DNA of 60,541 nucleotides, filler included, from Perkinsus olseni (Eukaryota): NCBI GenBank assembly GCA_013115125.1. It is 4 parts of 4 records of this genome, joined end to end, with 100 filler letters (N's around TTAATTAATTAA, not from the genome) between each part and the next. Parts side by side here need not be neighbours in the genome. Positions count along the whole stretch, not along the records: positions 15,204 to 30,278 come from JABANN010000709.1; positions 30,379 to 45,410 come from JABANN010000710.1; 2 more parts are not named here. One strand, 5' to 3'. Shown piece by piece: positions 25,822 to 35,379 of this stretch (position 1 is its first letter; each line of letters starts with the position of its first letter). The notes under the pieces were generated by a model. It saw only the letters and a program-made list of their open reading frames with translations, ran no database searches and was not told where the DNA came from. The position numbers and the translations under genes were made by a program.

Positions 25822-27404
25822 AATAAGGCATCGACGGCCGCCTCCTCCGCCGCCGCGGCAGCAGCAGCAGCAGCAGGACCCTCGTCCTTCACGGCTTCCC
25901 CATCTTCAATGCCGGCAACTTGTATAACACCATCATCATCATCATCACTACCACTACCACTACTACCACTACCAGACGATGATGATGACGATGCGATGAG
26001 AGCATCATCATGAGTGTTGCCGCTTTTGGTGGTACTATCATCAACAACAATCCTCCTGTTGTCACCACCACCATCTACTACTACCATACCAGTAGTAGGC
26101 ATACCAACACTATCATCATCAACAGGAGCATGCTCCTCCCCTCCCTTGCCCTCCTCCGCATGCTTTACTCTCTTCTTCTTCTCGTCATTGCTATCGAGTG
26201 ATGGTGATGATGCCTGATCCTTCACCCTTCCTTTGACGGTAAGCATCTTATCATTATTCTTCTTCTTGTTCCTGCTTTGTGATGGACCGGTAATAAGGGG
26301 TGAATGGGGATGACCATGTTGGGCGTATGCCTGATAATAACAATGACACTAACAACTCTTCTTCTTCTTGTTATATTCTTCGTGTATTACATTAGCTGCC
26401 ATATGTAATGCTAGACGATAATGTGGCTTCTTCCTACCCAACAGGGATAACGCCCTCGACACACTACACCACATCCTCTCACGGAACTCAGACTAACAAC
26501 AACATGATGATGATGACTACTAGTATTAGTATCATGATCACTACTACCTCTCGCCAGGTTGATAATACATTGGTAGATTGTGCCAAGAACAATCTAGTTA
26601 CTGTAGGCTGTCCGGTCTTAGTTGATGATTTATACCATCCCAAATCCCATATAACGCTACATTCAACCCCAGCTTCCTCTATTGTCTCCCGCACCGCTGC
26701 TGTTTCTAGATCTTGGTCGAATGATTCAACTTTACCAGATGGTATGGTATGGGTCATACGATCAGATCCATGCCGTGTCGAGTTGACTAAGAGTATATTG
26801 GTACCAGCCTCATCATAAACCACACAACCAGCACGGAGTTTATACCTAAGACGATAATAATAGTAGTAGTAGTAGTACTGCTGCTGCTGCTGCTGCTGTT
26901 ATGGATGATGATGATGATGATGATGATCTGACCCTTCTTGGGTAATATTACTCTTTAGTAGGGGACCATACTTCCGGATCAGCATAATGAGATGAATGGT
27001 TATTAATACTGCTGCCAAGCGAATGGGTGGCTGCTGCTACTGTGGCTGTTGGTGTATTGGTATCTAATGATGTATTGTAATAAGCCTACTGTTTATACCA
27101 CTCCCTTACCACCTCCCACGATGGCATCGTCCACAATACTCTGCTGGCCTTTATCACGACTATCACCATCACTAGTAGGTGGTGTATCATATCTAGTAGT
27201 ACTCGGAGCAGGAGCAGCCGTAGTGTGTATCAAACCAGCAGTAGGCTGTTGTAGCATCTGTTCTCTGAGCTCATACTGTTGATATGTAGTGCGTCTATGA
27301 TGATGATGATGGTGATGATGATGGTGATGATGGCTACTGTTGTTATATCGTGAGCTCTCATCATTGGTATTGATGCTGCTTGTATTGGTATTGGTATTGT
27401 TGTT

Positions 27405-27448
<44 letters not shown>

Positions 27449-27785
27449 GCTCTTGATGTATTGAGACGACACCGCCTTCTGCTGCTGCTGCTGCTGCAGA
27501 CACCTTATTGTCATCATCCCCTTCATTGACATCGGCGACACTATCACCATCCTCCTCCTCATCATCAGAAGGCCCATAACAGAAGGTACAGGAAGATGAG
27601 TAGGAAGAGGTTGATGACATAGTATCAGACGAAGATGATGATGTGGAATAGGTACGTGGTGCTGGTGCTGCTGCTGGTGGTGGTGTGACCATCATAACAT
27701 TGTCATGAGTGACCTCTCCTCCTCCTCGTCCTCCCTCCACTACTTGAACAACATCACCATCCTCATCATCATCTGTAGTCATCAT
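20483..27785 (-). CDS. Putative DIPP-type Nudix hydrolase / inositol polyphosphate (IP6K-like) kinase fusion protein, 13 exons, ~2156 aa
   Basis: Exons 27785-27110, 27063-26952, 26845-26548, 26492-26391, 26330-23676, 23588-23166, 23107-23006, 22931-21678, 21613-21574, 21503-21196, 21123-21001, 20927-20757 and 20689-20483. All junctions are GT-AG and phase-consistent. Nudix box SGKVESFDQDLETAAVRETIEEAGV; kinase motifs QVGGH, VVLEDL..PCILDLKMG, NKYYGR, SGSLL, MIDFAH and GPDEEY. Confidence 0.8.
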
Positions 27786-28631
27786 GTATAAACTTGATTT
27801 AAACTACACTGCTACTACAATAAATACTGTATGCAGTTCAGCTTCTCTACAGTTCATCAATACAACACCCGATTAGTCGGTAATCCGGTTTCGGTTGATT
27901 TGCCCACAACAACGACCCACACGCACGGAAACGGTGAGAGCAGCAGACGCTGGCACACGTTCCGGGTGAAAGCTTCGAATCCACGTCATCATCAGCGGCA
28001 CGCTGGAGTCATTATCTGCCGCGGTGAGAGAATTCGTTGGGCGCATTAGAACAAAGAACTGGGCGAAAAATACAGTAAAAAATGCAACCGCTCGGGATCG
28101 AATGGTTCACCTTGTTCGCGGCGCGCCCATAAGATTTCTCAAGTCGCCCAAGATTTTCCTGGGGCTACAGTACCCGTCGGACGTATTTGTTACAAATAGC
28201 GTCGGCCCAACCAATCTAAAGGGAGTTTCAAAACTTCGTGAACAACTTTGAACTCTTGAAATTTCTCAATGACCGACCGTACGAAACTGAAACTTTGTGA
28301 GTTTATTGTCAGATTCTTCCTTGGATTTTGTACTTCTCCCTTGGATTTTGGGAATTACCCGCCAAAAGAGCTCATCACGTCACAAGGGCCGTGGAACAAT
28401 GAAATTTTTTTCCTTCGAATTGATCATGTCTAGGGGTTTCCGAGTCCGCTGATTAACGTGAGATAAGTTTCCAGTCTCGTTTCTCACCCCAATGCCTCTC
28501 AATCAACTCAAGCCGAGCGCATCCCCACCAGCGTGAGATGAAACCGACAGGACACGGCATGCTCATTGGTCCCAAAAGAGAGAGTCTTCATCGGATGATG
28601 ACAATGATGATGATGCGATCGAAGATTCGTT

Positions 28632-28681
28632 CACCGTCATTTCGTACACTCCGCGAAAATTTTGTGTACGAAATGACGGTG
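28632..28681. repeat. Perfect 18-bp inverted repeat with 14-nt loop
   Basis: CACCGTCATTTCGTACAC (28632-28649) / GTGTACGAAATGACGGTG (28664-28681). Confidence 0.9.
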
Positions 28682-28701
28682 TAAGGCTTGAAACTGGGAT
28701 T

Positions 28702-28956
28702 GTGTACGAAATGAGAGTTTATGAAATGCTGGTATACGAGTTGAAAGTGTACGACTATTATGTGTACTGATGTTATATGTACGGGTATTACGTATACGAG
28801 CATCATGTATACGACTTCTATATGTACGAATCTCTCGTGTATGAGTATTTTGAGTATGACTATTCGGTGTATGAGTATTTCGTGTACGATTAGAAAGTGT
28901 ATGAGTATTGGAGACATGAGTCGAAAATGTACGACTGTTCGGTGTACGAAACATGA
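28702..28956 (+). repeat. 17-unit array at strict 15-bp period, core GTGTACGA plus 7 variable bases
   Basis: Cores occur at 28702, 28717 ... 28942 with no phase slip. Confidence 0.88.
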
Positions 28957-29700
28957 ACATCCCTTCTGATTAGAGTGTTTGACTTCTGCGACCATACTAT
29001 GACAACGACTCTGCGCAACCTCGAGCCTTGCTCATTCCCTGAGACCAACTAAGAATGGGCTAAGCGCAGCTTCGTGTCCTGGACTTTTCTCTTCCTCGAT
29101 TGCGCTGATCAGGCGGCTCCATTTGACAGGCGCAGTATAGCAAAAGTCCAGGCCTCGATTGTCCAGAGAGAATCTGCGACGACAGCTACGATGATTGTTG
29201 TTAATTATTTCACAGCCCTAATTAACCCGAGGCGCGATGCTATCACCAACGATCCATGTTGATAGGATACGCCACGTGTCGGACACTCATATGCTGCACT
29301 TTGTTTTTAGAAGTTAAGCTATGCGCGGGGCTCGAGTATCCCCACTGGCCCACGCGGGCTATACGTCGGACCATATCGTATAACAAATACTCGCAGTCGC
29401 CCGTAGCAAGCTGCAATTACGCAAGATCAGACAAGTCATCGAAGTCGCGGATCGTTTGCTGTCGTCCTGGTAACTGTGAACAACGTCAAAACTATGCAAC
29501 TCGTGAAGCAGCACACCATGCTCACCTGAGCGAGCTCGTCTCGGACAATGGGATAGTTCTTCAGAACAGAACACGGCGCTTGCTCCTTTCGTGAGCGGCG
29601 CTACAGCTCCTGAGGTCCTCCATGCCATACTCCGGGACGTCGCAGCACTAGCTCATCTCGTACAACTATGTGGAAGTCACTATTTTGTAACTATAGGGTC

Positions 29701-29835
29701 GTACACTGAGATCCATCCCACTGATATATCGTACACTGAAAACTCACGCACGGCAGTCAAGTACATTCAAGAATGGTACACCCTAAGCTGGTACACTCTA
29801 ATATCAGGCACAAATACTCAGTACTCACATAAGGA
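29701..29835 (-). repeat. Second 15-bp-period array, same core in opposite orientation (GTACAC on +)
   Basis: GTACAC-like cores at 29701, 29731, 29761, 29776, 29791 and 29821, with degenerate units in phase. Confidence 0.75.
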
Positions 29836-30378
29836 ACAGGTAAATAAATTTGAGGATTGACTTCGAGCTTAGTTACCGCGGGCCATTCAAATGTGACTTA
29901 TCAAACTGATGAAATTGAGACATCGGGGGCCCAGCGCCGGAAATTTTTTCACGTCAGTCGCGGAGCGGGTCCGCGACTGGCGTGCGAATATTTCCGGGGT
30001 GTACGGAGTGAGAGAGTACGAGATGTCTTGACGAGTATACGAGAATTTGGTAGGCGAATTGTCGATGAACTTGTCTTATGAACCTATGTACGAGCTATCC
30101 ATAGATTAACACAAACGTACCTGTTAGCCTTCAACTCACTCTCAACACTGCTGCTTGGCATTGGGACTCATGACGGTAAATCAATGTATTCGATGGTGGA
30201 AGTGTTGTAGCGCTGATCCTCCCTATTACGAGTAGCGCGCGCCATGTGCGCTGAGCGCAACTCTAGCCGTTTCGTTGTNNNNNNNNNNNNNNNNNNNNNN
30301 NNNNNNNNNNNNNNNNNNNNNNTTAATTAATTAANNNNNNNNNNNNNNNNNNNNNNNNNNNNNNNNNNNNNNNNNNNN

Positions 30379-30471
30379 ATCTTCGACCTCCTCAGGTGAA
30401 AGCTCTTGGGCTTCCTTGCGAGTGTTCTTATCAAAATCGAGAGAAAGCCAATTCTCAACTGCGCTTGTCAT
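30379..30471 (-). CDS. Probable N-terminus of a phosphoglucomutase-2/phosphomannomutase, remainder in the gap
   Basis: MTSAVENWLSLDFDKNTRKEAQELSPEEVED resembles the W-L-x-x-D...T-R-x-E...L segment preceding the FGTAG motif. Only 31 codons are visible. Confidence 0.45.
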
Positions 30472-31403
30472 GATGAATATTAACTAAAAAAATTAACTAC
30501 GAAGGAACAGCGCTCACGCCAGACTACATTTAAGCTTGACAACCCGACTGCCATGGATAACAGTGAAATTCCCAACTCATTATCACTAGCTACTCAGCGT
30601 ATACCACTTGTCCCGTTCCAGTCAATGTTGTGTACACACAATGCCCGTCCCTGTACATTATGTAGTGTGTCATGTTGTGAGAGGGGGACTCTGTCCTCGT
30701 ACCTCGTACTCGTAGAGATACAGCACCGATCACTCTTACAGTATGATTCCCGTCTATCCTGCGCTCAGACCGAATTGCCGCCTTGGAAAGACCCTTGATG
30801 AACCGCCTGATATCATATTCTATCGCTGCATCTGGCACCCAAGTGTCCACACCGGTAAAAAACCAAGCCGCGCCCGCAGCAGCAGACTACGAACTCACAT
30901 ACTGAGCCGAGCTACCGCCAACCACGAGCTCGGAAGGCGTTGATCTTAGTACGGTCGGAGCTCTTGTTGCCGATTAACGCCAAACACAACCAGGTAATGA
31001 ATCCAGAAGTTTTCCAGAAATGAGGATAAGAAAAACTCATTCGATCAGAGTCAAATGAAACAGGTTCCTGCCTAGGACTTAAAACGGAGACCACACGGGC
31101 CTCCAAGGGCGGAACACATGTGAATTGACTTCTAATCGAGACGATCATAAGAAGGCTTTCTGAGGGCGGAGATCCTCGATTGCGTCATCGGTGTCCTCAG
31201 GCTCAGCTCGTTTCAGGCCTGGAATAGCTCCACTCAGCAACAGTTCATGCTGCTTTCGAAACCTAGGCCCAGGGGACCTCCCCAGCACTTCCCAGTGCTA
31301 GACTCACAACGGAAGCCGCCGGTGAATATTAATAGAAAACACTTGTTGCCGTTACACTCTGACAACTGACGAGTGCTTTTGTCTTCGTCCTCGATACCAG
31401 TTT

Positions 31404-31539
31404 GGGGTTTTACTAATTTGGTCTGGGCTTTATTAAATTGCTCTGGGATTTTACTAATTTGGCCTGGGCTTTATTAAATTGCTCTGGGGTTTTACTAATT
31501 TGCTCTGGGGTTTTACTAAGTAGGTCTGGAAATGGTGTA
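31404..31539 (-). mobile_element. DNA-transposon-like end (TIR plus ~6 subterminal 20-bp repeats)
   Basis: GGGTTTTACTAATTTG/GGGCTTTATTAAATTG units ending TTTTACTAAGTAGGTCTGGAAATGGTG|TA; inverted copy of 15031-15103. Confidence 0.65.
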
Positions 31540-31993
31540 GTACTCATGGTACGCCGCCGGGCTTCCCGGTCCGGGCACCGAAAGAACCGTAGGGTTGATG
31601 AGCCGTGCCGTCGTTCTCAGGTCGTTCTCGTCCAAGGACTGCTACCCCCCTAAAAAACCAGCCGTTTTGTGCAGTTCTGGCAGGCACGGCCGTGGAAGAT
31701 TTGAGCTGACTCCAGCACACGATCCGTATGACACGAGAAGCGGCGGCTTGAATGCCAAGGGAGACTTGTTCTACGTGGCTCCGAATCGATTCATTGGACC
31801 CCTCGACATCCACAAGAAATCAGAGCCGCCGTCCAAGACCGATCCATAAGTCATGGTGTAGCGGTCAGGTCGAACCCGACGATAGGGGCCGCCACCGACT
31901 AGTGGCAATGCATAATAAAAGCTGACACTGATACACTACAGTAGAACAGGTGAAACACTTTCCTGATACGGGCGCTTCGTTCAATGATGATAA

Positions 31994-32841
31994 TCAAACT
32001 TTGTCATCTTCGAAGACAAAACGGACTTGCTTCGGTGATGTCACGTGGCCGTACTGAGCGAATGTGAAGGAGCTGGAAGCGTCTGTAGTACTGAGTCGAC
32101 GACCTACGAAACGCATGTATTGGTCATTGTCCAACGGCCGCTCCTTCACTCGAGCGCTGCTCAGCATCGATAACAGCGACAGGCAAACCTGCACGACTGT
32201 TGATGGGTTACATGAATCTACTAGCACTACTTTGTGTATTGTGAGTACAGGAGACCACTGCTCGTACAGAATCGAGAGGCAGATGTGGCCGTTGCTGTAG
32301 ATGTGGGGGTGGATCGGAACCGCAGGAGGTACCTCAAGGAACATCAACGTCTGCAGCTACTGCGTCATAGTGGGACTTACGAACACGACTTCAGGGGAGT
32401 CGAACGGATAGTCCGAGGAAAACTTGAACCTGTGCATGATGGCCTGGCAGGTGATCGAGGAAAGCCAATGTTGATCCTACCGCAACTTGAAGGACTCCCC
32501 TTCATAGAGGCTGCCCTTTGCACCGTACATCGTCAAACCAACTACTGCGACGTTCTTCGAATGGCGGCTACCAGATGAAGCACCGCTGCTCTCTGATGAG
32601 CTCGACGAAGGCCACTCAGAGATCGATGGATCGAGATATAGACCTTAGAGGGAAATGGATAAGTGATGGTAAGTCCTCGCCGACTCATAACGAGTGCCAA
32701 ATATAATGCGCTGCTGCTCATCACTGGTCGGCCATCAGTGTAGCCGATAGCACAAGGCTCTCCGCTCTCACCATCTGCAGCCCCCCGATCGTTGATCTCG
32801 TCAATTTCCCGCTCTAGTCGTCGTACGAAAGGGAGTGCCAT
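31994..32841 (-). CDS. UBE2W: Ubiquitin-conjugating enzyme E2, UBE2W-like, multi-exon
   Basis: [83 protein letters not shown] plus [10 protein letters not shown] is the UBE2W-type signature. Confidence 0.88.
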
Positions 32842-33970
32842 ATCCAAGACACAATGCTGTCGCCAACGCCATCGCCACTCTTCAAGGGGTCAAGTGCCCT
32901 CCGGAGCAAATGTGTTCACTGTAACCATGGGTCCCATCACCACTAGACTACACAAGGCCACGATCAAGAGGGGAAACGACCAACTGTATAACTGCGCCTC
33001 ACGCAGTGTATCTAAATCGCACTGGAGCCTCCACCACGTACCGTTCTTCGAGCTGGTTACCCTACCAGTGGCTCCGACGAATTGAGTGAATTCAACTATT
33101 ACTCCGGTCGTTAGGGAACAGCAGCAGCTAAGTGAGTTTTATAGGGTGGAGAGTGCCACCCGCAATGGATAAGCTAGACAGACTAAACAACAATCAACAA
33201 CAAGAGGCAGCCCCGTAGTAACAGCAAGGACACTGACAGGGCTTGCAAGAGATGCAGAAAATACGATTCTCCCTACTGACTTCAACACGCACTTTTTAAC
33301 GGTCTCCCAGAGCCACCATTACAGCGACTAAGGGCCCACGCTTACGTGCCAACGACCGCGTTAAGAACCATATCAACCGGGCTATTGCAAGGCCAAGATT
33401 TGAGATAGCTCTCAACGAGTTGCACGGTCAAAGTGAGAAGGGGAGCGTAGAGTAGACGGAGCGAATACAAACAGACATTAGGGCAGGGGATATGAAGGAA
33501 AACAAGAATAAGACATACCGAGATAAATGCTGAGTAGCTCAGTGCCGAACGGGGCAAAAAGCTACTAGACAGACAGTGATGGCGGCTCTTCAGCGGAATC
33601 AAACCGCGACTATAACCGAGACAGAGAACAGTAGCATTAGTAGTGAAAGTCTTGAAGGCGAAATAAGGCGGCTGATTAACAGCTGGGGATAATGGCAATC
33701 TGCGGTGTGTAATAATAGAACCGTAGGGCTTACGTCGAAATACCTCTAGGGATACCTAACGCCTTTCAGACGAAAAAGAAACAACTAGTCGGCTCCCCCA
33801 GTCCACCCGTCGTAGCACGACCAAAGGACATAACAATGAGGGGAGATGGTCACAGGAAAATGACAGAAGACAGCAGCTAGAACCACACTATGCGCGGAAG
33901 CTGCTTCGAAAGCCATTCACACGATCATCATGACCAGCAGAACACACACACACACGTCACTCTGTTGATT

Positions 33971-34882
33971 TTACACCTGTTGACAAGCAGCGGAGAGGGT
34001 CTCCTGTAGTAAAAGCTCCAGCTCCAACTCGTCTTCAGAAAGATAGCCAAACGACCCCAGCAGCGGCACACTCATATCGTTAGCACCATTCACGATGGAA
34101 ACACACGCGGCTGGCGGCAGCGGATAAACAGGAGAAGCAGCAGACCTCGGAATCACCGGAGAGGGCGGACTGCCGAGAAGGCCGTCCAAAGAAACCTCAC
34201 GACCAATATGGTCGACGGTAGTACAGCTGCTATAAGTAGACCCATCGAACGAGGAAGCGTCGGAGCTCGCCGGTGACAAGTAGCCCTTGTTTGGGCTGCA
34301 GGAAGGGTAACGAGCGGTACCAAAGACCGACGGCGAGGATGGAGGCTCGGACAGCAAACACTCCGACAAGAGATCACGATAGACCGCACCGTAATCTTGA
34401 GGGGAGCCGGTAGGTGACTGAAGAGCACAGGGGGTGGCTATTTCGGACCTCCTGAGCGTCTCAAGCCTCTTCATGGCAGCCAGGTATTGTCTGTTCATAG
34501 GAGGTTTCACCGGACGCTCGCCCTTCTCAGTAGCACGAGCGTATGCCAAGGCCAACTTAGCACGCTTCTTCTTAGAAGGGCGCTGACGGGACTTGGCCTT
34601 TCGATTGGCTTTGCGTTCTTCGTCCGCAGGCAGCGCGCAGTCCATGTTGTGACACCTTTTACAGTCAGGACCTTCACGACAGCCTCGAGAAGAATTGGCA
34701 AACCAGCAGCCACGACCACAATAGGGAGAGTTACAGGTTCCAACAGACACAACACCGAGCACGACCTTGCCTTGGGCGGACATCATGGTAGGCACCCTGA
34801 CCGAGGGCGGTATATAGGGACTGGGAGGCTCCGCCAAGGGGTAAGCACCGAGGTTAGGGACTGAGAACTGTGTACAGCACAT
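33971..34882 (-). CDS. CCCH zinc-finger protein with Ser/Pro-rich tail, intronless
   Basis: CWFANSSRGCREGPDCKRCH (C-x8-C-x5-C-x3-H) followed by basic RQRPSKKKR, a layout common in dinoflagellate/perkinsid C3H1 proteins. Confidence 0.7.
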   Translation of the reverse strand: MCCTQFSVPNLGAYPLAEPPSPYIPPSVRVPTMMSAQGKVVLGVVSVGTCNSPYCGRGCWFANSSRGCREGPDCKRCHNMDCALPADEERKANRKAKSRQRPSKKKRAKLALAYARATEKGERPVKPPMNRQYLAAMKRLETLRRSEIATPCALQSPTGSPQDYGAVYRDLLSECLLSEPPSSPSVFGTARYPSCSPNKGYLSPASSDASSFDGSTYSSCTTVDHIGREVSLDGLLGSPPSPVIPRSAASPVYPLPPAACVSIVNGANDMSVPLLGSFGYLSEDELELELLLQETLSAACQQV

Positions 34883-35379
34883 GTCAACAAGTAAACCAAC
34901 TGACACAATCGACTCGCATAGAAATATCAGCTATGCACGTTAAGCGCGCACTCAAGCAGCTCGGTTCACCTCTCTAGTCCAGGGCGAACAAAGCACATAG
35001 TCTGTTTGAAAAGCTTGCTCACTGTGCCTTGTACTCGTCCCCGACCAGAAGGAGGGCATTGGCCCCTCTGACTATGAGCTAGAGAGCCACTTAGCAAAGC
35101 GAGAACTCTGATCAGAAGATCACAATTTCTCACGTAGGGCGTGCGCTAGAAGCGTTCCTGGCGGAGCGAAGCGCTGCATGATTTGCAGTTTTGAAACGAC
35201 CTTTTCAGCGCAACAACGGGGATATGGAAACTAATTCCAAGAGCATTTGTAGTGGTACGACGAGGCGTTGAGGATTCTCAAATAAATATGATGATAAACG
35301 ACGTGTGAATGGTATAGCAGTGGCGGAGTCAACCTTCTTCCTTTTTTCGGCCATTATCGGATCAAATGCGGGGTGGTAG

